This document shows positions 51,344 through 64,000 of a stretch of DNA of 64,000 nucleotides, piece by piece (position 1 is the first letter of the stretch; every line of letters begins with the position of its first letter). Made by a program: the position numbers and the translations under genes. Origin of the DNA: Utricularia gibba (Eukaryota; Plantae; Magnoliophyta); the NCBI GenBank assembly GCA_002189035.1, contig CM007991.1:2232001-2296000 (forward strand). The letters run 5' to 3'. Under the pieces are notes generated by a model. The model made no database searches. It saw only the letters and a program-made list of their open reading frames with translations, and was not told the DNA's origin.

Positions 51344-54300
51344 ATGAACGGAGAGTTAGAAGGCGAGAAGCGTGATTCTGTGGTTGCTTCGGCATCTGAT
51401 CCGCTGATCGATCGGGAATCGGATGGAGGAGATGACTTGTCGCAGTACTCTTCGTGCGGGGGGGAGTCGGAGATGGATAGGTACTATAGCGCTGGCTCGG
51501 CAATGGGTACTCCTAGAGTTGTTAGTAGCAGCTTTCATAATTCAGATTTTTCTAGAATCTTCAATCTTGGAGGTGAAAGCGGTGTTTATGTGGATGAAAA
51601 ACCGTGTTCAAGTCATCTGGAGATGAGTGGTGGTTTGAGTAGCCCCAACTGTGTAAAGGATTTTTTCGGTAATAGGAATGGTGGAGAGATGTTGAATTTG
51701 AGGGGCAAGCTGGAAGTTTCTATTGATGTTGCTAGGAATATCGATGTGGATGATAAATTATGTAATGGGGTTTCAACTGGTGATGGAAATACTGATATGC
51801 GTGATGGCAAAGTGTCTTATGAGGATATTGAGGAGGTTTTGGATGATGGAGAAGACTTGAAAAACAGTGGATATAAAGAAGGTGAACCTTCTTTATCAAA
51901 TGAGCATTCTGAGGGTGAGGACTCAATGTTTGGATGTGGTAGTGATGATGAAGGGAAGATCCAGTATTATCATAGAAAAAGTGTATTTTCTCATGAGCAG
52001 GACAATTGGAAAACAGGTGATCCTATGGTAATGAGCTCAGCTGCGGCGTTTGGATCTGATGATTGGGATGATTTTTTTCACGAAAATAAGGAAGGTTCTG
52101 GCGTGGCAATGGGTTGGAGTGAGTCTGATGTTAATAAACAGCGGAACCAGGAAAAGGGCATTGGTTTTTTGGGGTTTACCCCTGAGCTTGGTGCATATTC
52201 GCACGTATTCACGCAACAGTATGACGTAAAAAACACCTCCATCAGTTCTGATAAAGCAAAAGAGGATGCTGAATTAGCTGAAAAAGATGTGGAGACCGAT
52301 GTTTCCAAATCTTTGAATAATGTTTTTACATCCGAAAGAACTGCCTGTTCTTCTGGACCCCCACTTACTGTTAATGATGATCTGGAACAAAGTTGTGAAT
52401 GCAGTGCTTATTCCAGTGAATATGAAATGAATCAGAGCTCACTTAAAAGGCCTTTGGGACTAGAAGAATTCGTGTATGCTGAGGCTGAATCAGATATAAA
52501 AGTGAAGACAGCGGTTAGTGATGTAATGAATATTTCTCCTGATTTTGGCTCATACGCTTTAAAAGGAGCTTGTCTAGAATCTTATCCTCTCCTTCAACAG
52601 CATCAAGATGATCAAAATTACTATCTAGAAAAGATTAAGGTTGGTGTAGAAAATGAGTCGCGTGAAGATGATACGTCATTTTCAGAAGCTTCCCAGTTGA
52701 TCACTAATAAGAACGTGTCACTTGATCAAATAGAGGATCATTTTGTGCCGACAAAGGTAATTGTGTTTTCAGAAGCTTCCCAGTTTATTCATTTCCTTGC
52801 TTTTCATGTGATAATCTTGTTCAAAATATATGTTTTATAATTATTTCAGACAAAGGACATGGAGTTCAATGATCTCTACTGTGAAATTGTTAATGATATG
52901 CAAGATGTACTACTTGACTCCAGTGAGTCTCCTAGATCTGGAGTCACACATGGTTCAAGAATGTACCAGTCTCAAATGTTTCATCCATCTAGAGATGGTG
53001 GATCAACTTCTTCCACTTCAGGCACAGATTATGCTTATGATTGGATTCAGCATGTTCCTAAAATCGATAGGGTTGAGGTTGTGGGTGCAAGCCAAAAGAA
53101 AGGTGATGTTTCTTTTAGTGAAAGACTGGTTGGGGTACAAAAACATGCGGTTTATAATATAAGAGTGTGGAGTGGGGAAGATCATTGGGAAGTAGAACGT
53201 CGTTATCGTGACTTCAGCGCTTTGTACCATAGGCTTAAGAAATTATTTTCTGACAATGGATGGACTCTCCCTTCACCATGGGCTGCTGTTGAAGGAGAAT
53301 CCCTAAAATTTTTTGGGAGTACTTCTCCTAGTACTGTTGCAGACAGGAGTGTTCTCATCCAGGAGTGTCTACAATCCATCATCAGTTCGAATATTTCTAT
53401 AAATCTGGTCACTTGCTTTCTTACTCCATTGGAGAATGCCGAATCTGATTCAAGATTATCCTGGCCATCATTTCCCAACCGAGGGAAACTAATGGAAAAT
53501 GCACCCACTTTTGGAAAGACAATTTCATTAGTTGTTCATATCCAGCCTTCAAAATCAGTCAAAGAGATGTTAGAGTTGCAGTACTATAGGTGTGCAGGAT
53601 GCCACAAATACTTTGATGATGGAACATCGAAGGCACGGGGATTAGTGATGGCTTTAGGGTGGGGCAAGCCGCGCTATTGTGAGTATATTGGTCAGTTATT
53701 CTGCTCGTCATGCCATGCTAATGATACAGCTGTGATACCCTCCAAAGTCCTTCATTATTGGGATTTTACTCTATATCCTGTATCTCTGTTGGCCAAGTCG
53801 TTTTTGGATTCTATTAATGAGCAGGTAATCGGAAGAAAATCTACAAAAAAAAATCTCACGATTATATACTATGTTATCAGCAGCTAATTTTCATTTTCCT
53901 AGATAGCCATATCAAACTTCCATCATTTTATTAATTTGGTAGCTCACGTTGTACTCACTCTCTATCTTCTCTTGCAGCCGATGCTCTGTGTTGGTGCCAT
54001 CAATCCATTCCTTTTTTCTAAGGTTCCAACATTGCAGCATGTAGCAAATATCAGAAACAGAATAAGAGCAATGTTGCCATACGTTCGTTGCCCATTTCGT
54101 AAATCCATCAACAGAAGTCTTGGAACTCGGAGTTATCTTCTTGACACTAACGATTTTTTTGCTCTAAAAGACTTGATTGATCTTTCCAAAGGGGTTTTTT
54201 CAGGTCAAGTATTTTTTATTTAACTCCTTCAATAAAAATTTGAGCAACTTCATCTGAGATGCATTTCATCGTGTAGTGAACAAGTAGGGGTCATTTTAAA

Positions 54301-55013
54301 AAGCGCGAGTATTTTGCAGGATCCCCACTTAGAAACAGCTTATTTTAGAAAAAAGAAGAAAAGAATCTCTGATCTCTGCTGTCACTACTAATATCTGATT
54401 TCCACTGCTTTCCCACCAAAATAATGTTGTCCTTGCATTACAGTGCTGGCAGTGATGGTTGACTCACTGTCCCATAAAATCGAAGATCATATCACAGAGC
54501 AGTGCCTTATATGCTATGATGTTGGTGTTCCCTGTGGTGCTCGGCACGATTGCATCAATCCACTTGCTCTCATTTTCCCTTTCCAGGTAAACTACACTTT
54601 GATGGTACAGCCCTCAGAAACAGAAGTGGGGCATCACACAAACACAACATGATACATAATGACCATACCTTGGTCAGGCTTAGGCAGTAGAACTTTACCA
54701 TACAACCAACATCTTTCTTATGCAGTCGAACTTCATCACATAACCTTAGTCATGTATGCATTCACAGGAAGGAGATGTGGAAAAGTGTAAACGTTGTGAA
54801 GTGATCTTCCACAAAAAGTGCTTCCAGAAAGTAGCCTCATGCTCCTGTGGAGCAAGCGGTGGTGTGAAGCTGGCTGAACCAAGCAGTGGAATTGTAACTG
54901 GTTTGTTCTCTAAAGTCTTGCCCAGTGGGTCTCAGCTTCTTGGGAAACAGAAGAAGCCTGCTACTAATTCTGCAGCTATTCTGATGGCCTCGTTACCCAA
55001 CACTTCCCTCTGA
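51344..55013 (+). CDS. PX-domain and Rubicon-homology (zf-RING_9/DUF4206) protein, 5 exons
   Basis: PX: VERRYRDFSALYHRLKK; RH: YRCAGCH, RYCEYIGQLFCSSCH, IPSKVLHYWDF, CLICYDVGVPC, CKRCEVIFHKKCF. Confidence 0.9.
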
Positions 55014-55880
55014 ATCAATTCTGTGCTTGTGTTTGTTGTATTCTTGTTTTTTTTTAGGGAAAAGTTCCCTGTTTTATAATTCATGTATTTTATATTAATT
55101 TGGGCCTAAAGGGCGTTCTTATAATTATTTTATAATTAATTTAGGCCCAATAAAAGGAAACGGAACTGGGCTTAAAGGTATTGGGCCGATGTGGTGTAAA
55201 ACCGAAATGAAGGGGAATCGGGGAAAAAAAACAGTTGAGAATTTTCAGTGGGAAAATCAGAAAGCTGGCGCAGATTCGGACAAGGAGGTGAATGATGAAG
55301 AGAAGCCAAATGAGGATGGAAGCCCCAAAAGCGAAAGATGGAGAGATGGAACCAGGAGACGATGAAGATGGAATCATCCATCACCAGTCATCTTCCCCTG
55401 GAATTTTGTCGCAACCAATTCCAATCAATGGATTCCTCCTGCACTCCTTTTCTAACTTTTTGGTGGGTTTCCCGAAACAATACGCACGGCTCTTGCTTCC
55501 ACTTTCATTATTATGGCCTCCCCCCATTATTATCCTTATTCCATTCTTTGCGTTCCCCCTCCCCCACTTCTCTCTCATTCATTATTTTTTGTTGCGTAGC
55601 ACCGACCTTTGTGGTTATTTGTATTGTTTCTAGATGTCGATTGAGTGAATAAAGCAGCAATCTTGGTGGGCGTTACTATTGGTCTCCTATTTATTCTCTT
55701 GTCCCAACCATTCCAAGATCGTCTATCTCTTGGTGAGTCCCTTGCTGTCGTTTGGGTCGTTTTTAGTCTATTCTGATTTCTTTGAATCCATCCTGGTTTC
55801 ATTTTTTCATTGTGGCCGATTTTGATCTTCGATTGCTTTGCTACTTTCCTGGCACTTCATTTCAGCTGATCGTATCAGAA

Positions 55881-57573
55881 ATGGCTAGGAGGTAGAATCG
55901 GTTTCGTAGAGTAATGGATTCAGTTCTCGAATTGATAGCTTTCTCATAGAATTGAAAAAAAAACTATGCTTGAATTAGTTTCTGGATTATCGTTCTTTCT
56001 GTAGTTTTTTCTCCGTATGAACTCCTGTATATTTAATCAGTAATTGGAAATCTGGTGGTTTTATTATGATCTTCAGGACTATGTTGGGTTCAGGAGGAGG
56101 GAATGGAGACAACACCTTTATGGAAGAGACCCGAGCTCGATGTGATAGCAGAATGTTCTCCAAGTTCCATTTATCTGGGCATGGTGAGTGGATTCGTTTC
56201 ATTTATCATGGAAACTTCCATGAATCTCTGAATCTCTTGCTTTAATTGAACTATTTGCAAAGATATTGATAGATCCGTGTTAAAATTTTCTGTCAGCATC
56301 ACAAGCACATTGTATGCATTGTATGCTGGCTGCATTTTGCTTTAGAATCGTGATGATCACACTTTCTTATCCTGATAAGTGTTTGGACTACTGAGAATCA
56401 TGTTGTTCATGTCATCCTTCCTTTGTAATGTAAAGTAAAGGACTAGTGCTTTTCTACTTTACACCATTTTGATGTTTTCCTTTTATGCATTGGTTTCTAG
56501 TGGATCCTTATCCTCATGGGGCCATATATTTCATTCATTTATGTTGCTAGGCTTACTCGGGTAGTCTTCTTCTTTTTCTCTTGACCTCCTTACAGTTCCA
56601 GGCCATCCTGGTGTTGGCACCATGAACCATATGAAAAATGGGCAGTTTCCAAATTACAATTTTGCTCCTATGAGTGGAGCTGGAGTTGGAGGTGCAGTTT
56701 TTATGCAAGACAAGCCTCATATATCTATGAACAGAAGCTTTTGTCCAACTGAATCTGTCAGAATTGGTTCTTCTTTGGATCCTAATCTTGCATCAACGGG
56801 GCTTAAACTTTCATTCGAGGAAGATGAGCGAAATTCAACGGTTACTTCTGGTGAAAACACAGGGAACCCTTTTGCACTATCCCTTGGAACCGCTCTCAAA
56901 ATAGAGATTGATCGGAGTTCTGAGGAACTCAGTCAATTCATTAAACTTAAGGTATGCATTCTCAAAACCATATCGCAAATGCACCCAGCACTCGAGAACC
57001 TGATCATTTATCATTCCTGTTCCTCCTCTGCCTTTTCATAGACTACCTGAACTTATCTGCTGCACTCAGGAACCAAACATGTTGAAGGGTGTTAGAGAGA
57101 TGAGCCAAAGGCAGACAGTTCCTTTACTCAGTGCATTAGAAAAAAGCGTCAACCAGAAGTTGCATGAAAAGAATCTTTCAATTGAGAACATGAATCAAAA
57201 GAACAAGGCATTGGGTGACAGGATAAAGCAAGTGGCCATGGAAGCTCAATCCTGGCGCTCTAAAGCTACGTACTATGAATCAGTCGCGGTAGCCCTCAAA
57301 ACCAATATTCAGCAACTCAGGGCTCAAGGTATTGGCCAAGCTTGTGAGGGCTCAGGGGACAGTGAGATAGATGATGCCATCTCCTGCTCAAATGATCCTC
57401 CCGTCTTAGGGAATCAACCCCGACTAAACTGTAGAGCCTGTGGCGTGAGAGAAGTATCCTTCTTGCTAATGCCATGCCGGCATCTTTGCCTTTGTTCCGA
57501 CTGTGATCATTTCATCAATGTTTGCCCCGTTTGCCGGTCGAAGAAAACTGCAAGCTTTCATGTGTACCTGTAA
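55881..57573 (+). CDS. SBP (S-ribonuclease-binding) / BOI-related RING E3 ubiquitin ligase; start at 55881 (11-nt first exon) or 56081
   Basis: STGLKLSFEE, coiled coil (IKQVAMEAQSW...YYESVAVALKTN), RING CRACGVREVSFLLMPCRHLCLCSDC...CPVC. Confidence 0.92.
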
Positions 57574-57794
57574 ACTTCATTGTGATCCCATGAGATTTTC
57601 TACCAGAGGTTTTTTTGCAAGTAGTGGAGTTATATTGATAAACATTATTCATAATAACGCAGAATGACATTTCCCTTGTTCTCATAACACTTGAATCTTA
57701 TCCCTCCTGAATGGGAGTAAGTTGTTCCTCTCATAATAGTGTACAGATGAATTGGTACCCTTGTTCGGGAGGTATGGAAGGATCTCCATCCTCT

Positions 57795-60700
57795 TCAGTT
57801 TGCTGGTTCAAAGCGGCAGACACAATCATATATGTTTCCTTGAATCAGCTTCTCTGCTAACCGCTGATTCTTCACCATGGCTAGCTGTGGTTGTAGTAAT
57901 GATAAACGCAATCCATCATTTGGGCAGAACACATACAATTGAAAAAATCGATCATTGCATCCAAATGTGCTCCATGGGATTTTTCGAAACTCACCTTCAG
58001 AGCATCGCATTGGAATTTAGCGTTGAAGTTTGTATGGAGTGCTCTTCCCATGCCTTCTAAAATTATCTGCCGAAAGTGTAAGCATAATTCGAATGAGAAA
58101 AGTCCAAAGAAAGATTTTTTTTTTTTTTTTTTGAGGAAACATCTCCCGGATTGAAGAGGAAAAAAAATAGCATAAGGGTACCAGATCAGCTTCCTTGGCA
58201 GCAGCAGACAATTCTGAGCTCACTTGGCGCAAGTCTATGCAAGGGCTTCCGCACCCGTTTTCAACTACCATCAGTGGCACTGATAACACCCCTTCTCTTG
58301 GACTGTCCTGGAAGTTGTTCATTGCATCCACAAGCAAGTCACCAGCTTCAGCAGCAGCACGAAGAATGTCGCAGTGCTGTTCAGCAGATAGCATTCTTTC
58401 AGCTGAATGACGACTTCATTAGGTGAAAAAGATGTGCATGTGTTATGAGGCACCTTGGCTGCCTCAGCAATGATATCGGGAAGCTCCATGGCAGTGACAT
58501 CATTTAACGCAGGGAGAGAATTGGCAACAAGCACAACCTGCAACTTATCTTCGTTACTTTTTACACAATGGAATCAATCTACTACAGAAATTTGAAAAAA
58601 AAAAGCTTACTTCAGTTCCTCGGCGAAGAAATTCCCGGGCCAGAGGAAGCATTCCTAGTACGACATCTGCACCAGAGTTGTCAACAAAAAGTAGTGCTCT
58701 TTTATATTTTCTAGGCTTCAGTTCTTCAGTCCCAAGCATTCTATCTTTGAAACCATCAAAATCATCAACCTGAATACCAAACAAAAAAAACAAGAAAATA
58801 AAATCTTAAGTAAACCCGAAATCCGCCCATTATCCATCTGCACACACATAAGCAACATGTACCAACCCGCCAAGGCCTAGTCATTTTGTTGCGGCTCATT
58901 CTATATATTTCGATAATTGTCCCCTTGTGATAAAGATCAACACAAGCACGAGAACCCCAGTCAAAGATGTTAGCAGCAAGGACCCCCTCAATCAACATGA
59001 GCAATCTTGTCTCCTACAAGGTAGAAGCCAATGCTAAGATAAGTTTTGGTTCAAGGTTCAGTGCCAGAAAACAAGTTCAAAATCAACAGGTGGTATAAGT
59101 TACTAATTTTTGTTCATAACACACACCTCATCCATTTGGTCAAGTTCCAAGAGCAAATCAGGAAGAACTGCAAGAGAAGCCTCATTTTCCCTGGTTACAA
59201 CCAGAGAAGAAGCATAGGAGGAACCTTCCATTGAACATGTCAAGAACAAAAAAAAAGCTCATACATCCCCATGATGCGTTATTCATATTTTTACCTCTGT
59301 TTTATACTTCTGTAAACATCGTGAAAATGGAACTCTCTAAGACACTCTTCTCTCAGTTCCAAGAGGTTGGCCAGCCCTAACTTCCCATATGCTGCAGGCT
59401 CCTCCATCAGTCTGATTTTCCAGTTGTAAATTTGTACATGAGAAACGGCAATACTCTCAACATCACAATAATATAACTCAAACAAAAGAAGGTAAGCAGA
59501 CTTGGGGGGTATGTATACCTCGCAAGGTGAGCTGAGAAAGCACGAGCAAATGCGTCTCCTCTTCGTTTTGCATCATCTGTACCACCCTCACTGGCCACAG
59601 CCTGGGGAATTGTATGTAACAGTAGCATATATAAGAGCAAGTGCTTAACATACTGTAAGATGTAGACATATTATAGATATCACGCACACAAGCAGCAAAA
59701 TCTTTAAAGATATGCTGATATGAATTTCGTCAAGACTTTACTGTGTACCTTGTCAACAAGGTCTTGCATATGTCCTGAAAGGACAGTGAACCAATACCTA
59801 AAGTAGAGAAGTTTAGACCACCAATAACAAGAAGAACGATATTGTAAGCATCAATGCATTAACTTGATGGTACTCACTCAAGTTCACCATGGTCTGAAAG
59901 ATCTATTGTGTTAGGTTCATATCTGCATTAAAGACAAACAGCGTACAGGAGTGAGCCAGATTTTACTAGTTGACGAGGAAGTGCAAAAAAAAAAAAAAAA
60001 CAAAATTATTTGGTGGGTGGGAAAAGGTGGTTCAGGGATTTGAAACATGGATATAACTTCACATCAAAGGTCACTGCCCAAAAAATGTATTCAAAAATTT
60101 ATACAAGGTAGAAAAAATCTATCACTCACGTTCTGGGATCCGCCAATAAGGGAAAGACTTCCAAGCTTGGGACAAGATGGAGAACACCAACATTAAGTTT
60201 GCTTGCATCAGGACGCAAAATATCTCCTCTGGAGGATGGAACGTCAAAGCCCCCAGACCGGTGGTTCCAGGAGGAGTCATCGGAACAGGAGCAGTGATTT
60301 CAGTTCCCTTCAGTACAAACTTCTCCATCCATGATATCTACAATTTTTAGTGCTCACAAGATAAATCTAGTTTGTTTGGCATTCCGAATAATTTATAAAC
60401 AAACCAATAAAAAAAACCACAATACGAAATGAGCATAAAAACAAATATGATTTGAAAAAAAAATTGAGGCAAAGAAACAAAACTATATACGTGAATATGA
60501 ATACTCATACCTTTTCATTAAGATCCCCTAATGGTGGACCATGGACATTTCCTCCCATATAAGGTGCACCCATGGGGAACCTTTCCACAAGCTGATGGAC
60601 CATAAGGTCATCAAGACCATGCTTCTCGTAGCTCATAAATGCCCCAAGAGCTCCAAGAAATCCTTCATGTCTTAAAAACATTGCCTGTGCTTGGCCCTTG

Positions 60701-63634
60701 GACCTAAACAGAGAGTAAAAGAAAGACATTTCTTTTTTTAAAAACGTAATCCGTCACAAGTTAATTACATAACTTAAATTACCAGAAATGGACAGCAAAT
60801 GAAATAGTGTCCATGGTGTAGGAATGACCCCTGATGAAAAATCCTCCAAAGAATATACGCTTTAGTCCAAACCTCAGTGCGTTCAAGTAAGCAATCTGTT
60901 GATAAGTAGAAATGCATACTATATGTAGCATTATCATATCGAGGCAAAAGATTTATTTATAAAGCAAAACATTATTACCTAAGTGTCCTAACTAACTCAC
61001 CTGGCCTATATTATAAGAAATCATCCTCAACAAAGAAAGAGATATATCTTCAGGTCTGTAATCTTCAAGCTCTTTACTCTCAGAGATGGCTTTACCAAAA
61101 CTTGAAGCAATTGTTGATGCAGAAAGACCAATCTGCAACAATTAAACCCAATAAAGGTACGGAGAAAATATGGAAAACTATGCAGAAAAAAAAAGGAAAC
61201 AGCAGAAGAATCGTAAGAAAAAAAAAAGAAACAGCAGAAAACAGAAAGACAGATGCCAAAAGTATCCAGTACAATCCTACCAACATACTGAGTTAGGAAG
61301 AAAACTGGACTCCATTTCGTAATCAATGAGTCATTTTTTGGCCCAAGTAAAAACTAACTGCTAAAAATCCACATAGATAAGACCTTGGAATATTCCATGC
61401 CCCATAAATATCCCCAACCAGCATATCAATTGTCCTGTTATCTCCCTTCTGGCTAAGCTCTAATAATTCATCAAAACTGGTGACAAAATACAGGCGAAAT
61501 AGGCAAGCGTTATGACACAGAAGAATGAAATCTAGGATATCAAATGCCAAAACTTAGATGAAAAAAAACCTTTTGCACTTAGTTAACAGCTTGCCCAGGC
61601 CCCAGTAAGTACCACCACCAACATTTGTCCCACTGACTCGCTGGAATACTCCATCTCCATCAACCTGAAAAATAGCGCATGTGATTAAATGGTATCCTGT
61701 ATCCCAAACTTCTGTCTACCTAAAACGAAAACAAAAGTCAACCAGAAAGACAATAAAAAGCCAATACCTTGATAATGCTGACACCAGAACCTATATTCAC
61801 TAGAAGATAAGGAAATAAGTCATTGGAGTCGATCTGCACAAATTCTTTCTGGCCTTCCATATGCGTAAAAGCTTCATGTCTAATGGCCTAAATCCAAAGA
61901 ATCTTTATATAAGAGTGTGGAAAGGATCACATCTCCTCTTCTAGTTCAAATTATACACATCAAAATCAAGGGGAAAAATCAAAACACTCAATGATACACA
62001 GCTAAAACACACCTTTAGCAAAAAATTAGCACCTGCTACGAGGCATGTCATTTCGTCCTCTTTATCTATGCTAATTCCAAGACGTTCCTTAAAAAGTTCA
62101 GCAAACTTGTAGGCCCCACCACCTGTGGCCTTCAGGAAGATGGATATTTTGTTAATAAACACCCATGTGAAGCGGCATGATAACATATACTAAATAAGGA
62201 AATTCACGGGTTGAAATTGCAGAAGACAATGGCCTTGCCCCCCTCATTTCTGTAATTCATCTTTAAATGAGTTCAAATTTACTTTTCCTAGTAAGCAGCA
62301 TACCCCTGATTCATAAATTCTACAATAAATCATAAGTTAGAATCTTAAAATTAAAAATTGTAAAAAGCTCTCCAAAATATATTTTAAGATGGTCTTAAAA
62401 AAAACCAATGAAAGTAAAACTGGGTAAGAAAAGTATTTAGAAGCCATAAATCGGACACAAAGGATATGAATGGAAGCATTAGGAGCATCCAAGGTATAAC
62501 TAAGTAGCTTAAAGAGAATACAACTCCTGACTGGTAACTTCTTAGAACATACCTTTATAACGGTACTGTAAGTGTTGGTATTTTGTGATTCCCAGTTATG
62601 TGAATCCACTCCTAGGCTCAGGAAGCAAAGAACTTCAGAATTAAATAATGACATACATAAAACCGAAAACAAAATGTTTCTAGAATCGTACTCCATGGAC
62701 AATTTCATCTTTTAAGTAAATGATATATCATACCACCACGGTGCAGTTGCTTGGAATAGATAAAATCCAGGCACTCATTGATCTTAGTTGTTTCAAATTT
62801 TACAAAATGCAGCCTCCCTCCCAGAACTGGGTAGCTCCTTCTAGAGCCATTTTTTACACCAAGTCTCTCACTGATTGCCCTTCTCCTACTTTCATTCACA
62901 TGCTGATTCTCACGCCTCGAGAAATACACCAATTTAATGAGTGAGCCTACAAATATTACACAATTCTTCAAATTTCGACAGAAAAAAAAATCCTCAACCC
63001 AACAGAAAGCAGGAAATATATAATGCGAGCCTATAAACATAGAAAAGAGGGGACCTGACTTTATGTCAGAAACTGAACACCAATGCTGTTCAAGTTATTT
63101 TGCAAGACCAAATCTCAAAATCAAAAGCTTCATAGAATTAGCAGACAACTAACATTTCGGCAACAGTTTCAGTAGCCTTACGATTATTAAGACCACAGAG
63201 CAAAAGGTTGAGAACAATAAATATACACGATAAACCACCACATACATGATCTGAAGCCTTAAAAAGCTACCTCCAATATCCAAAGCCAAGTGAGAGATAT
63301 CATCAGACTGATTAGGCAACAGAATCGTGGGGTTCCTATCTTCGAAATTCCCCTGTATGGCCGCTCTGCTCAGGTCCAATTGAGGCCTTGAAGAAGACCT
63401 ACGGATCGAATTCCCAGAAACGGGTGCCATATCCTTGTCTACCGTTCCACTTCGAAGAAATCCACAGTCAACATTTCCTTTGGCGAGGTTGATCTTGGCT
63501 TCCACGTCATAGCTCGTATTTATATCTCCGTCATTCACGATGTTGTTTAGTTCTTGGTGGCTATCTGTTGAACCACCATCCATGGTAATAACTCCACCAC
63601 AACCCAATCTACTCTTCCCCACTCCAGTAGCCAA
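57795..63634 (-). CDS. PANK2: Pantothenate kinase 2 (type II PanK fused to DUF89/ARMT1-like phosphatase); apparent 1-nt frameshifts at 61400-61403 and 60250-60254
   Basis: LALDIGGS, ATGGGAYKF, KEDEMTCL, LVNIGSGVS, GTNVGGGTYWG; C-terminal GVLAANIFDWGS, LFVDNSGADV, LEGMGRALHTN; stop at 57795. Confidence 0.96.
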
Positions 63635-63923
63635 CGAGGCCCTACTACCATTTACTCAGTTGGACGTCCCACATTTCACACAAAACAGGGATAACAATAA
63701 AGGCCCCAGCTGCTGCATAAAAGATCAAGGCATTACCCAACACCAAGCAAAACCCCCCTTTCGACCCAGAAACGCAAAAAGATAACCTTGGGAACCCGTG
63801 CCTTATCGAATCTAAAAAAAATGATTGAAATACTGAACCTAGGGTCTTAACTCAATTCACAAGTCAAGGACTGCAAATTAAATTCGAGTGGCGTGGTCCA
63901 AAGGCGACACGCAATTTCAGAAA

Positions 63924-63958
63924 ATGATGATGATGATGACGATCACGATGACGATGAT
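63924..63958. repeat. Imperfect (ATG/GAT)n trinucleotide repeat upstream of PANK2
   Basis: atgatgatgatgatgacgatcacgatgacgatgat read directly. Confidence 0.7.
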
Positions 63959-64000
63959 ACCATCACAATCATTCTCACCAAGCATTTGCGGATGCTTATC

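Overview
Eukaryotic plant (eudicot-type) nuclear DNA, not prokaryotic. It is very gene-dense (about 19 recognisable protein genes in 64 kb, many introns near 70-150 nt), as in a miniaturised genome; a Lentibulariaceae-like origin is only a guess. Gene order: PIP5K 3' end (+), FY/WDR33 (-), UMPS (-), LNK2-like (-), CHR24/ERCC6L-like SNF2 ATPase (+), cytoplasmic Ser/Thr kinase (+), TITAN-LIKE/CCDC84 (+), MA3/MRF (-), STICHEL-like (-), RPL27a (+), OCRE/G-patch protein (+), unknown plastid-type membrane protein (+), divergent PP2A B55 (-), F-box/LRR/FBD with an in-frame stop (-), Ig-like ectodomain multi-pass membrane protein (+), PX/Rubicon-homology protein (+), SBP/BOI RING E3 (+), PANK2 (-). 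I found no tRNA, rRNA, snRNA, CRISPR array or recognisable transposon. Gene models were built by hand from GT/GC-AG boundaries and family motifs recalled from memory; no searches were run. Main observations: (1) six 1-nt shortfalls in G/C homopolymers frameshift five conserved genes, almost certainly sequencing error; (2) FY lacks both C-terminal PPLPP FCA-binding motifs; (3) the uncharacterised membrane protein resembles a fungal Flc/Pkd2 TRP-like channel with bacterial Ig-like repeats; (4) an unexplained region at 31.1-32.3 kb holds a probable spliced divergent transcript with a miR530-complementary stretch and an orphan ATG-less ORF. No clearly new multi-gene system is demonstrable from the sequence alone.
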